Of a stretch of 64,000 nucleotides of DNA, positions 25,145 through 38,920 are shown piece after piece. The stretch is from the NCBI RefSeq assembly GCF_006345805.1, contig NC_042998.1, positions 14,570,001-14,634,000 of the forward strand, written 5' to 3'. Position numbers and translations under genes: made by a program. Within the stretch, counting starts at the first letter, position 1; each line of letters begins with the position of its first letter. This DNA comes from Octopus sinensis (lineage: Eukaryota). The notes beneath the pieces are model-generated. The model worked only from the letters and a program-made list of their open reading frames with translations. It was not told where the DNA came from and ran no database searches.

Positions 25145-25690
25145 CCAGGCAGTGGCTCTCGTGGCTTCTTATCTTAACTGATTGGAAGTGTTATCATGTA
25201 CATTGTTTTGTCTTGGTATAAAAGACGGTCTACAGCAAATATTCTGCTCAATACCACAGATTTGCTTGTCAGTTGTTTGACCTTAACCAGTTGAGCATGT
25301 CCCTTAGTGGCTGACGATATGTGCATCTCTGATCAGGAGCAGAAGTAGTGGGGGAGCATCATAGCCATGTGTTGAGAAGGATTCTTTGGGTCTTGAAAAA
25401 TTCACCTCTAGAAACATGGGTGTTTCATTCAACATCCATAAACAATCCTTATTCAGGGACCCTTTGAGCAGGATGGGTTACTTGACCAGAAGAAAATTCT
25501 AACTGGGCCCCACCTGCAAGGTCATGCGCTGTTTATCTTGATATGAGATCACCATGTCGCGCACATATGGTTGTGATGCATGTGCCTGGTGTACCTTTAT
25601 CAGACAGGTAGTCATGATGGGCATACTTGGCTTCGTATATTTTAACCCAGAGTGACTTTGATGGCATGCACTGCTCTCTCATTCAATGAT
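25145..25690. repeat. Unclassified ~540-bp interspersed repeat, copy 1
   Basis: Close match to 26376-26746 in the same orientation (ggaagtgttatcatgtaca...ttgaccttaaccagttgagcatgtcccttagtggctg). Confidence 0.8.
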
Positions 25691-26282
25691 AAAAAGAAGA
25701 AGAAGAAGAAGAAGAAGAAGAAGAAGAAGAAGAAGAAGAAGAAGAAGAAGAAGAAGAAGAAGAAGATACATCCTACGTAAACACTTTCCGTACAATGACC
25801 ATCAGAGCATCACAACAAACCACAACACATACCCAAGACACAGAGAGCTGCACCGGGTAGTGCGTGAAAGCACGTGATAAAAATAAGACTACTGAACAAT
25901 AATAATAATAATAATAATAATAAATTTTAAAAATAGTCCTCATGGGAACTGTTCATATCCTATGAAATTATTTTCTATGTAATCTCAAAAACATTTTAAT
26001 CTGTAAACACTGTCAAAAGTACTTTTAAATGTACATAATAGCAAACACCTATTACTGTCTGTCAGCTTAAGATCACACCATTATCTTATAATCAAATTAC
26101 ATTTAAAACAAACTTCTAATTTTACTGTTTTGACAGACATTCTCTAGAAATCTGTGAAAAACCTAAAATATGGTACCCTAGTCATAGCACCAACTTGAAC
26201 TTCTAATTTGTTGTCTCTTGAGGTTTCCGGATGAGACTTGGAGTCAAATTGTACAAATACGAAGCAAACGCCAAACATATAA

Positions 26283-26356
<74 letters not shown>

Positions 26357-26375
26357 CAGCAGCAGCAGCAGCAAA

Positions 26376-26746
26376 AATAAAAGCCTTGATGCAATACCAA
26401 GTACTGGCTCTCAAGGCTTCTGATCTTAGCTGACTGGAAGTGTTATCATGTACACTCTTTTGTCTTGGTACAAAAGATGGGCTACAGCAAATATTCTGCT
26501 TAATACCAGATTTGCTTGTGAGTTGTTTGACCTTAACCAGTTGAGCATGTCCCTTAGTGGCTGCCGATATGTGCATCTCTGATCAGGAGTAGATGTAGTG
26601 CGGGAGCATCATAGCCATGTGTTGAGAGGGATTCTTTGGGGTTTGAATAATTCACCTCTTGAAACTTGGGTGTTTAATTTATCACCCTTAAATAAACCTT
26701 ATTCAGGAACACTTTGAACAGGATGGGCTACTCGACCAGAAGAAAT
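26376..26746. repeat. Unclassified interspersed repeat, copy 2 (truncated)
   Basis: Matches 25145-25500. Confidence 0.8.
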
Positions 26747-27306
26747 ATATTGTGGAAATCCTCATACCACTTTCTTTTGGCCGGGAAGCGCAGACAGTGT
26801 TTATTTGTCTGGGGGCCTTAGTGATAGAAGTTGCAGTGGCGGACTAGATTGAAATGACCCAAGATAGATACTTTCCTCTTTGGTCAAACCCTCATCAAAT
26901 TTTTCAAGTTTTACTAGAAAGGAAATTGAGGGTAGAGAGGGAAATACTCCTATCTAGCAATTTCATCGAAAGATGAATGAATGTGGCTAGAATGGTCCGA
27001 GTGAGTGGGCCTGCACTGAGGATACGCCTGTAGACTGAAGGAGGACGACAACGTGTGGTAAGAGGGTGGTTTTGTGGATCTCCACAAGCATTACTACCAT
27101 GCTCTCTTCTTTGAGGATACTTTTCGTGGTTAAAGTTCATATTGTTATCGTTTTTCATTGTTTACACGCCTCTAGTTACGTAATCCCGTATGGTATTGTC
27201 TTGAACTGTCGCCAATGCTTTTGCGAACCCTTACTGGTAAATAAATAAAGCAGTATAATAATAATAACAATTATCATCATCATCATCATCATCAGTAGTA
27301 GTAGTA

Positions 27307-27339
<33 letters not shown>

Positions 27340-27349
27340 TAGTAGTAGT

Positions 27350-28392
27350 AAGACGGTGGGTAGTATCGTTAGCAAACCGGACACAATGCTTAGCGGCATT
27401 TCCTCCATCTTTACGTTCTGACTTCGAATACTGGCGAATTCGACTTTGCCTTCCATCCTTTTGGAATCGATGAAATAAGTATCAGTTGGGCACTGGGGGG
27501 GGGGTCGATATAATCAACTAACTCCCTCATCCAAATTTCAGCCCTTGTGCCCATAGCAGAAACAGTCATTATTATCGAGTAAGGCGGCGAGCTGGCAGAA
27601 ACGTTAGCACGCCGGGCGAAATGCCGAGCGGTATTTCGTCTGCCGTTACGTTCCCAGTTCAAATTCCGCCAGGTCGACTTTGCCTTCATCCTTTCGGGGT
27701 CGATAAATTAAGTACCAGTTACGCACTGGGGGCGATGTAATCGACTTAATCTGTTTGTCTGTCCTTGTTTGTCCTCTATGTTTAGCCCCTTGTGGGTAGT
27801 AAAGAAATAGGTATTTCGTCTGTCTTTACGTTCTGAATTCAAATTCCGCCGAGGTCGACTTTGCCTTTCATCCTTTCGGGGTGGATAAATTAAGTACCAG
27901 TTACGCACTGGGGTTTGATGTAATCGACTTAATCCGTTTGTCTGTCCTTGTCTGTCTCCTCTATGTTTAGCCCCTTGTAGGCAATAAAGAAATAAGAAAC
28001 GTTAATATGCCAGGTGAAATGCTTAGCGGTATTTTGTCTCTTTACGTTCTGAGTTCTGACTTTGCTTTTCGTCCTTTCGGGTTCGGTAAATTAAGTACCA
28101 GTTGTGTACTGGAGTCGATGTAATTGACTTAACCCCCTCCCCCAAAATTTCAGGCCTTGTGCTTGTAATAGAAAGGATAAAGGCGGCAACCTGGTAGAAA
28201 CGTTAACGCCCCGGACGAAATGCTTAGCGGTAGCTCGCCCGACGCTACGTTCTGAGTTGAAATTTCGCCAAGGTCGACTTTGCCTTTCATCCTTTCAAGG
28301 TCGATAAATTAAGCACCAGTTGCGTACTGGGGTCGGTGAAATCGACTGGCCCCTCCCGCAATATTTCAGGCCTTGTGCCAATAGCAGAAAGG

Positions 28393-28472
<80 letters not shown>

Positions 28473-28670
28473 CATTATTATTATTATCATTATTATTATT
28501 ATTATTAAGGCGGTAAGTTGGCGATAAAAAACTGATTGGCATTTGAGTTCAAATTGCGTCGAAGCCGACTTTGCTTTTCATCCTCTTAAGACCGATAAAA
28601 TGAATACCAGTTGAACACCGGAGTCGTTGTTATGGACTTATCCCTTCTAGAAAATGTCTGTCCTTGTGCC
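27350..28670 (+). mobile_element. Tandem array of ~7 group B SINE units with embedded (ATT)n
   Basis: Repeated family core and tails. Confidence 0.9.
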
Positions 28671-29344
28671 ACCTCCAGTTGTCCATTCAGTTCTGGCACT
28701 TGTGTCATCGAAGACGTTGCCGTTAGATCGTAAAGAGTTGTAAGAGAGAATCCTATCCGATGCCTTAATGATCCTACTAAACCACCATTCTAGTCTTCTA
28801 TTTCATGAACTCCGAAAGGATGAAAGGTAAAAAAAAAAAAAATTGACCTAGCCATGATTTGAACTAAGATCACGGAGAACCAGGAACAAATACCGCATTG
28901 TATTTATTCTATCCAATACGCTAAAGACTCAGCAATTCGTAAGAACCGACGCATGAATGAAACAACATATCTTAAATAGTTACCAGTTGTTTCAATTAGA
29001 TAAATGCGAAAGAAATAATGGGCAACGTACGACTTTGAAAAAGGAAATCTAATTCAGCAACTTAAGCAATTGTGTGTGCATTTATGCATGTAAATGCATA
29101 TATTTTACATGTATATATGTATGGCATAGCAAGTATGTAATATATTGGTTTTTCTTTTTATTTACGCTGCCGTCTATTGTTATTCCTATATATCAATAGC
29201 TGTATGAAGTAAATTTATTTCTCTGATACATTCCTTTCTGTCTGTCTTTCTTTCTTTCTTCTTTCTTTCTTTCTTTTCTCTTCTTCTCCTTTCTTTCTTT
29301 TTTTTCTTTCTTTCTTTCTTTCTTTGCTTGAATGAATCGATTTC

Positions 29345-29700
29345 AGGTTTTTGCTTGACTGAATCGATTTGTGACTCAAAGGCTGACCTGATTGATCTCA
29401 TGCTTCGGCCACCCTGCTTCTGTTGTTTAAAATAGATTCAGACGTTATCACAGATGAGATGGAAGCTGTTAGTAATGGCTAATGTTTTCCTTGTTCTTCA
29501 TGTCGATGCAACAGATTTCTTCAAACCTCCAGTGCAGCACCAAATGTATGGTACCGTGAACAGTACCATAAATATTTCTAGCAATAGTGCAATGAGATAT
29601 GGCCGACTTCTTACTAAAGGAGGATATCTTTGATGTCATGTATTCTGAAAAGTCGATTAATTGTATCCTCTTGTTGATATTGATATTTGTTTTATTGACT
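29345..29700 (-). mobile_element. Degenerate Dong/R4 LINE internal fragment (downstream of RT)
   Basis: With frameshifts it reads ...LHWRFEEICCIDMK/TRKTLAITNSFHLICDNV*IYFKQQKQGGRSMRSIRSAFESQI. This resembles the W..EEI..IDRKTRK.L....SFH..SD.DRLY..R..GGRGL motif. Confidence 0.6.
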
Positions 29701-29966
29701 CAGATTCAATATATTGAACATTCTCATGATCTTGTTCTTTTATTCTTTTACTGGCTTCAGTCATTGGACTAAGGCTATGCTGTGGTATCATCACATTCAT
29801 GTATTGCAAATATATTTATATATACATAGACATATAAATAAATATATAAAAATGCATATAAGTATATATTATATGCGCATATATATACATATACATATAC
29901 ATATTCATGCACATATATTTCCATAAATTTACATATATACATATATATGAGCATATACATGCATAT

Positions 29967-30033
<67 letters not shown>

Positions 30034-30664
30034 ATATATAAATGCATATAAGCATGTGCGTGTGTGTATGCGTGTGCTCGCGCGCATTCACTTTTAACAG
30101 CTCCTATGTACAATATCTTCAAAGGTATTTGTTGTGGGATTCTGTGTCAGAGAAAAGTTTCTACTTACAAACGTTGTAAGTAAACACACATCGAGTCAAA
30201 CTCCAAATGACGTCAGTGAAGGAGCTGACAAGTGGTTTCGGCGTGATTCTGTTTCTTCAGTAACAGATACCACCACAGATCTAGGCCGGAACTTATACTT
30301 TAGTTTTCATCTATATAGGGAACAGCAAACACTTCATTTGCCAGTGAGTGCTGGGGGCCTGTCATGCTGCAATTTATTGAAAGAAAATAAAGGGGACACA
30401 CATACATCTATATATATGTATATATATAATGTTTGGCTTATGTTCAGTTATCATAAAAACAATTTTATATTATATTGATGGGTTACTCAATAATTCTGTA
30501 GAGTACAAATTTATTATTTTTATACAAGAATGTTGTTCAGAGGGACTTCGAAGTTTCGACCAGCTAAGACGTTGTCGGACGATAGCTTACCTGGCCGAAA
30601 CCTGGAAGTGACTGTCAACAACATTGTTGTATAAGAATAATAAATGCACATACACATACACACA

Positions 30665-30676
30665 TTATATAGATAC

Positions 30677-30738
<62 letters not shown>

Positions 30739-30750
30739 TAGATAGATAGG

Positions 30751-30816
<66 letters not shown>

Positions 30817-30838
30817 TATAGATAGATAGATAGGTAGG

Positions 30839-30882
<44 letters not shown>

Positions 30883-30888
30883 CATATG

Positions 30889-30956
<68 letters not shown>

Positions 30957-30958
30957 TT
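30665..30958. repeat. (GATA)n microsatellite
   Basis: Visible directly. Other copies lie at about 12830, 21830, 34705, 39830, 44865 and 45815. Confidence 0.95.
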
Positions 30959-31632
30959 ATATAATCAGGCACTCCGTCGGTTACGACGGCGTGTGTTCTA
31001 GTTGATCCGATCAACGGAACAGCCTGCTCGTGAAATTAACGTGTAATTGGCTGAGCACACCACAGACATACCTACACCCTTAACGTAGTTCTCACATCAC
31101 AAATATTGTAACAAGCGATTTGGAGGTAGAGAAGGAATGAAAAATCTAGGATTTGCACAGAATAGGCAAAATACAAAATGTTCTGGATAGAACATTTACT
31201 CTAATGTGTTGCATATATACATGGCCCAGTTTCAAATTAGATGCCCTACTCATATAACAGAATTGTTGACACAACGAAAAGTCAAAAGTCATTAGAAAAA
31301 CTGGATAATGATGTAAGACCCACAAATGATAGCGGAACTTAATTAGCCAGAAAATCCTAAAAATATCGTTAAGAAATTATATCAACATCTAGATTTAACT
31401 AAATTCACGATAAAGAAAAATATTAGATGGCTCCAGGTTGAAAACAAAAGAAACTACATACATATTGCAGGGATGGATTTATTTTAAAAATATATTCCAT
31501 GAATGCTGTATTCACCGGCCCTTGACTCCAGCAGGCACCAGTTGTCATTAGGTGTGATGTCTCGTTGTTGTCCTATCAAATAAAACCTCCGAGGATCATG
31601 GTGTGACATAGAACGATTGCTATAACCTTAGT

Positions 31633-32025
31633 GGAGGCGCAATGGACCAGTGGTTAGGGCAGCGGACTCGCGGTCATAGGATCGCGGTTTCGATTCCCAG
31701 ACCGGGCGTTGTGAGTGTTTATTGAGCGAAAACACTTAAAAAGCTCCACGAGGCTCCGGCAGGGGATGGTGGTGATCCCTGCTGTACTCTTTCACCACAA
31801 CTTTTTCTCACTCTTACTTCCTGTTTCTGTTGTACCTGTATTTCAAAGGGCCGGCCTTGTCACTCTCTGTGTCACGCTGAATATCCCCGAGAACTACGTT
31901 AAGGGTGAACGTGTCTGTGGAGTGCTCAGCCACTTACACGTTAATTTCACGAGCAGGCTGTTCCGTTGATTCGGATCAACCGGAACCCTCATCGTCGTAA
32001 CCGACGGAGTGCTTCGAAGAAGAAG
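31633..32025 (+). mobile_element. Full-length group A tRNA-derived SINE
   Basis: Head ggaggcgcaatggaccagtggttagggcagcggactcgcggtcataggatcgcggtttcgattcccagacc has A/B-box-like motifs. It ends cgtcgtaaccgacggagtgc plus a short GAA run. Confidence 0.9.
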
Positions 32026-32489
32026 CTATAACCTTAAAATCATAAGATTCGGTGAAGCAGAGTAAGTATAACTTAAACAACAGAATACAACATCTAATAC
32101 TAGTTTTTCTTTGTTTTTTCTATCGTTATTTTTTCGTTCCACTGAGCTTATCTAGCTTCATTACTTAATCCGCTTATTTGATCAATTGCTTCAAGCAAGA
32201 TGATGCTCTAGTCAAACTGCTAATGTCTGAAATTGGAAACCTAACACCGTTGACCGGTCCTGGTGGTATCCGTTTCCATTGTGAGGAGGCCGGCGATAAA
32301 CGGCAGATTTTTTTAACTTAACAATGGAAACGACACCGGAAGACATCTGGACTATTGTTCTGACAGTTCCATGAATCGACGGCCTTAATTTGGTACATAT
32401 TTTAATGAAGCTCAAAGGATTATTATTGAAGCAAAGAAACTTGGGCGTCATTTCAATTCAAAGCTATAACAAATTTTGGCTTCGAATTT

Positions 32490-33610
32490 TTGCACAGGAT
32501 CAGCAATCTGGGGGTCAGAGGTAAGTAGGTTACGTCGACTCACGTACTTCACTGGTACTTAATTTTTCCACGCTAAAAAGATGAAAGGCAAAATCGACAT
32601 TGGTAGACTTTAAACTCGGATTGTAAAGACGGACGAAATGCCTCTAAGCATTTTGTCCGGCATGCTAACGATTCTTATTTCTTTATTGCCCACAAGGGGC
32701 TAAACATAGAGAGGACAAGCAAGTTCAGACAAAGGGATTAAGTCGGTTACACCGACCCCAGTGCGTAACTGGTACTTAATTTATCGACCCGAAAAGGATG
32801 AAAGGCAAAGTCGACCTTGGCGGAATTTGAACTCAGAACATAACGGCAGACGAAATACCTATTTCTTTACTACCCACAAGGAGCTAAACACAGAGGGAAC
32901 AAACAAGGACAGACAAACGGATTAAGTCGATTACATCGACCCCAGTGCGTAACTGGTTCTTACTTTATCGACCCCGAAAGGATGAAAAGCAAAGTCGATC
33001 TCGGCGGAATTTGAACTCAGAACGTAGCGGCAGACGAAATACGGCTATACATTTCGCCTGGCGTGCTAACGTTTCTCCCAGCTTGCCGCCTTAAAGCTAG
33101 AAATATTGGGTTCAAACTTCGGCACATGGCCAAAATGCTAGAAGAAATATTGCAAAGTATTCTTTCCAGATTTCTGGTGAGTTTGTCAATTCACCACCTT
33201 CGGAGAAATAAACTACTACCGTTACTACTATAAATTCTTTCTATTGGAAGCACAAGGCCTCAAATTTAGGGGAAGGGATTAAGTCGATTAGATCCACTCC
33301 AGTGCATAACTGGCACTTATTTATCGACTCCGAAAGGATGAAAGGCATAGTCGACCTCACGGAATTTGAACTCAGAACGTAGCGACGTTCGAAATACCGC
33401 TAAACATTTCGTCCAGCAATTTTAGGGGGAATGGGGGTAATCGATTACATCATTCCCAGTACTTGACAGGTACTTTATTTTATCGACTCTCACAAGAGGA
33501 AAAGCAAAATTGACCTCGGCAGAATTTAACCTCAGAGCTTACAGATTCGGAATAAAAACCACAGAACGTACAAAGCTGGAGAAAATACTTCATAGCATTT
33601 TGTCCGACGA
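32490..33610 (-). mobile_element. Tandem array of group B SINE units
   Basis: Reverse-complement cores repeated about five times. Confidence 0.85.
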
Positions 33611-34652
33611 CTTGAAGGTACTCGCAATCCAGCCGAAATAACTCAATTGAGAGAGTGTTAATCTAAAGATATAAACATCCCTGGTTCAGTTCTGGGTTTC
33701 GGCATCCGGTGGTTGGTTTGTTAACTTATTTTTGTCAGGAATCGCTTCGCTTAAGGGTACAGAGTCTCAGCCGAAATTTGTGAGGTACAGATTTCAAAAA
33801 TCTTTGTAGCGGCTTGCTAGCGACTTTTTATCAAGGTGGTGTTCCAGCATGGCCACAGCCCAATGACTGAAACGAATAAGAGAGAAACAAAAAGAGATTC
33901 CACTACCCTAATTCTTAACATAGGCAAAGTGCCAGAAATTTCGAGAATGGATATAGACCAATATACTTTATCGACCTTCCAAAGGATAAAAACCAAAGAC
34001 GACCTCGGCTGAGTCTGATCACGAATAGGGGTGGTAATTAATTAAATTATTCATTTATTTATTTATTGCTACCAGGCAGTTTGAACGTCGCTCTACCGGT
34101 TTTGTTATTCCTGTAATCCAATGCATCACTTTTTTACAGAGTACATCTTTAATCCAAAATGCATCGTATTTCCAAATGAGAGCCATCGAGTCTAAATAGG
34201 AAAGACTCCAAACAAGTGTTGTGGTATCAAACACATTCACAACATTAATAGCTTCACACCTCAATGTCGCTTATCTACTACTACTACTACTACTACAACG
34301 ACTACTACGACTACTACTGCGAATGACGATGACGATAACGTTGTTTTTTTCTTCCCTGATGCTTTCGCAAGAGATTTTTCAACTGAATAACGTGATGAAA
34401 TAAACATGGTTGAATTTTGGTAGTGTCATGTCTGTTAATTTACAAATTAATAAGCACGCGCAGTGTCAATCAATTATTCATCGGTTGATTTCCTTTTAAT
34501 TAGCTTTTGAAAGATGTTCACACATTCGTCATACACACACACACACACATACACACAAACACACGTAAGCGCACGCACACATCCCAAAACACTATAAAGA
34601 TACATAAATATACATAAATACATATATATATATATATATATATATATGCAAG

Positions 34653-34688
<36 letters not shown>

Positions 34689-34704
34689 ATATACATATAT
34701 ATAT

Positions 34705-34802
<98 letters not shown>

Positions 34803-35884
34803 GAAGGCAATGGTTGAACATCAATCATAAGCTAATTAGATATAGAAATAAATGGATATATGGATATAAATATATAATAACGTGTGTGAATGTGAGTGTA
34901 TGTGAGTGTTTATGTGTGTATGTAATTATGAGTGTACGTGTGTGCGTGTGTCTGCATGCGCACGTTGAACGTGTTGTGTCGGGTCGGTTTCTCAATTGCG
35001 TTGCAGTCGATGGCCGAATAGCTACGAAGTCCGATTCGCCATCACGAGATCCATGTTTGGTCTCCAGATGAATACAAGCCCTGTGTGTACAATTGGGTAG
35101 ACGGTAACTACGTGAAGGTCAATCAGATGGACTGTAGCTCCTCAATACAATGGTCATGCTGTGTCACGCTGATTCACCCTAAGGACTAATTGCTCAATGT
35201 GAATGTAGATAGTTCCGGGGATTGAATAATGGGAATATTCAATGTCGAAACCGACGGAAGATTCGTATTCTTTTGCTGTCGACGGCTGTATACTCGTGAC
35301 CAAAATACTAAAATAAAAAGGTTGCCACTACACAGGAACACCCCCATCGAAAGGGCATCTACGTGGTTACTTTATGTGCTAGATATAGCAGCTACATAGC
35401 CCCAAGATCACCTCCACTGAAGGGACATATTAGTTGATAAATTTCATTAGAAAATTTGAGACGAGATATTGTCTCAGATACAGAGATGGTGAACTTGGAC
35501 AATCATCACCGCGCCAGACAAAATGCTTAGGCACATTTCTTCAGACATTTTACGTTCCAAGTTCAAATTCTGCCTAGTGTATTTTGCCTTTCACCCTTTA
35601 AGATCAATAAAATACGAACCAGTTGAGCACTTGGGTCGATTTAATCGACTTCCTGCCCACTCAGAATTGCTGAACTCGTTCCAAAATTAGAAAGAAATAT
35701 TATACTCTGTCGTATTCGCCTTACTGTCTCATCTTGTTTGCCTTAGTTGCAACTTTTTAGCCATTATACCGTCTGTTCTTGCTCGGGTACCCGTCATACT
35801 TAGCATCAGCCTCGGAATTAGAAGTCAAATCCTTTATTAAAACCTAGAGAGGTAGGCCATCTTAATTTCGTTTTCAGTACCAGA

Positions 35885-36120
35885 ACTGCGGAGGCGCGTG
35901 GATTAGTGGTTAGAATGTTGGACTCATGATCGTAAGAGTGTGGTTTCGATTCCAGGGCCGGGTGAAGCGTTGTTTTCTTGATCAAAACACTTCATTTTAC
36001 GTTGCTCCAGTCCACTCAGCTGGCAAAACTGAGTAATCCTGCGACAGACCAGCGTCCCATCTAGGTGGGGAATTTATACGACATTGAAACCGACCCTTAT
36101 GACCCGGTATGACTTGATAA
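35885..36120 (+). mobile_element. tRNA-derived SINE (head plus ctccagtccactcagctggcaaaa domain)
   Basis: ggaggcgcgtggattagtggttagaatgttggactcatgatcgtaagagtgtggtttcgattcc. Confidence 0.75.
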
Positions 36121-36624
36121 GATAACTACCTTTTTTCTATACCAGGGATACTCCATAATTTGTTATTCCCCTATGCCTGCTTGCCATTAAGAATTTCTCT
36201 TGAACCAAAGTATAAATTAAATCACGCTCATTAGGAAATGTGCTTCACTTAACCATTCACTGGTAATCAACACTTATAATCGCTTTCCCATTATTTCATT
36301 GGACAAGCAAGTAATGGATTTCAAAGTTCCGGATACGATTGGCATCTGAAGAAGGATTGAGAGTACGAAGGCCGAAACGTAATTATAACAATGAAGATGA
36401 AAGCAATAGTCTTCATATATATATTCCAGGATCGACACAGTTGCCCTAAAAATAAAAGCATGATTATGTCTAGATTTCTTTCCGTCAATCGGTCTACATT
36501 GATCTAAGTTGGCCTGGGACTAAACAACTGCTACGAACAGCACCGGCACCTCCACTAATACCTCATGATTAGAAACAAACTTCTTAGCTATTCAATTATG
36601 CTTGCGTCTAGAGACCAGAATAAC

Positions 36625-37200
36625 AAGGCGGCGAGCTGGCAGAAACGTTAGCGCGCCGGGCGAAATGCTTTAGCGGTCTTTCGTCTGCCGCTGCGTTCTG
36701 AGTTCAAATTCCGCCGAGGTTGACTTTGCCTTTCAGCCTTTCGGGGAGGTCGATAAATTAAATACCAGTTACTTACTGGGGTCGATGTAATCGACTTAAT
36801 CCCCTTGTCTGTCCTTTTTTGTCCCCTCTGTGTTTAGCCCCTTGTGGGTAGTAAAGAAATAGGTATTTCGTCTGCTGCTACGTTGAGTTCAAATTCTGCC
36901 GAGGTCGACTTTGCCTTTCATCCTTTTGGGGTTCGATAAATTAAGTACCAGTTACGCAGTGGAGTCGATGTAATCGATTTAATCCCCTTGTCTGTCCTTG
37001 TTTGTCCTTTCTATGTTTAGCCCCTTGTGGGCAATAAAGAAATAAAAATAACAATGGACAAAATGTACTGAGGAACTCAGTTACGCTCCTTTTCATTCTA
37101 AATTCAGATTCTACCGGAAGTCGATAAAATACAGTACCAGTTAAATCCAAGTGTCAATCTAATTGACTGTTATTTCTCCTCATAATATCTCAGGTCTTCT
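36625..37200 (+). mobile_element. Group B SINE dimer/trimer
   Basis: A full unit at 36627-36862 is followed by an internally restarted unit. Confidence 0.9.
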
Positions 37201-37589
37201 AAATGAATTACAAATCAATATTAAGTTACGTCCTATTACGTTCCCAACTCAAAACTTGTCTGTGTCGATTTTGTCTTCCTTCTAGAATAAAAAAAAATGT
37301 AATTGGGTCAATAATCGGGTTCGATTTAATTGATTTGTCTCGACCCAAACAGTTGTGGCCTTATGCTAATTATAGAAGTATTTATTAACAAAGTCAAAGT
37401 TAATTAATTATTTACTTTATTGTTTTAGTTAATTGCAACATCTGAATTCTAAAAATAATAATATCGATGATGAATTTTGATACAAGTGCAAGGCCAGATA
37501 TTTTGATGGCAATCTCAAAGGCAGAGGGGGAGAGGAAGATAAAACAGACAGACACAGGCAGATATATATGCGTGTGTATACATATTATT

Positions 37590-37990
37590 TTATTCTTTTA
37601 CTTGTTTCAGACATTTCACTGCGGCCATACTGGAGCACCGCCTTTAGTCGAGCAAATCGACTACAGGGCTTATTCTTTGTAAGCTTAGTACTTATTGTAT
37701 CGGTCCCTTTTCCCGAACCACTAAGTTACAGTGACGTATGCACACCAGCAACGGTTGTCAAGCGATGTTGGGAGGACAAATATAGACACACAATCATATG
37801 CATACATATATACACATATATATATACGACGGGCTTCTTTCAGTTTCCGTCTACCAAATCCACTCACAAGTCTTTGGTCGGCACGAGGCTATAGTAGAAG
37901 ACAATTGCCCAAGGTGCCACGCAGTGGGACCGAACCCGGAACCATGTGGTTCGTAAGCAAGCCACTTACCACAAAACCACTCCTGCCCCT
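37590..37990 (-). mobile_element. Full-length group C tRNA-derived SINE with internal (CA/TA)n
   Basis: Same organisation as 49420-49840, 51165-51610 and 56950-57380. Confidence 0.9.
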
Positions 37991-37991
37991 C

Positions 37992-38035
<44 letters not shown>

Positions 38036-38410
38036 ATAGTTGTCCCTTTTTTGTATCACCTAACTGTCTGCATGTTTTGCGTTCTTGCCCCATTTTGTAT
38101 TTGATATATATAGAGAAAAAGAGAGAGATAGTGATGTATGGAGAAAGATATTTGATATATGTATTCCTTTCCTACATGTGAATGTACATTTGGACACACC
38201 ACTAGAGTTTCAAAATAGTTTCAATACTTGAGTGTGTATACATACGTTTGTTTATATATGTGTGTGTGTGTGTGTGTGTGTATGTAGGCGCAATGGCCCA
38301 GTGGTTAGGGCAGCGGACTCACAGTCGTATGATCGCGGTTTCAATTCCCAGACCGGGCCTTTTGATTGTTTATTGAGCGGAAAAAACCTAAATCTCCACG
38401 AAGCTCCGGT

Positions 38411-38920
38411 AGAGTAAATTTATTCAATAGAATCACTATTGGCTTCAACCACGGCCTCCAGACGACTTCGGATGAACTCCTTGTTTAAGTTGGTGAACAA
38501 GGAGACTGTCTTCCAGCAGCAACCCTCTTGACCTAGGGCAGCACTACCTCTTCCAGGGACTTGATGTAGGCCTCCGTGTTGAATCTGAGGCCGTGTGGGA
38601 AGATGAATGGAGGCATAATATCGCCATCACTAGTGATCACTCCAAACACCATGATGTTGGCAGGATGTTTGATTTTTATCACTCTCGGTACATGTCCTCA
38701 GATTGACACCCAAGCACTCTGAAATGTTCATATTGGAACTTCCGGTAGTACAACATGTCGGTTCCAAATTTCTGGCGTCATGGTGCTGTTTTTCTCATAG
38801 ACGGTAGTTCCCAACTGACCCTACTATAGTGTGTAGTCAATAAAATAAAAAAAAACGAACAATGCGCATGCCTGAAATGAAAAATATAAAATGGTGACAA
38901 TTTTCCCATCGCACCCACTG
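38411..38920 (-). mobile_element. Internally deleted Tc1/mariner (maT-like) transposon
   Basis: End sequence CAGTGGGTGCGATGGGAAAATTGTCACCATTT at 38920. Remnants are MTPEIWNRH... and KHPANIMVFGVITSDGDIMPPFIFPHGLRFNTEAYIKSLEEVVLP. Confidence 0.75.

Noticed and set aside
30245-30295. Minus-strand CTGAAGA...GCCGAAACCACTTGTC hammerhead-like string
   Set aside because: Stem I and stem II do not pair convincingly.
31095-31500. Possible additional Dong/R4 fragment (RFGGREGMKNL...IRWLQVE)
   Set aside because: Only a loose GG.G motif interrupted by stops, too weak to call by eye.
31633-31705. Possible genuine tRNA gene (also 57904, 35890 and 49420)
   Set aside because: The acceptor and T stems do not pair properly, there is no oligo-T terminator, and each continues into a repeated SINE body.
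32212-32451. 79-aa minus-strand ORF in non-repetitive sequence, a possible host exon
   Set aside because: No recognisable domain or splice pattern. The same holds for the unique stretches at 3800-5000, 16740-16960 and 26780-27250.
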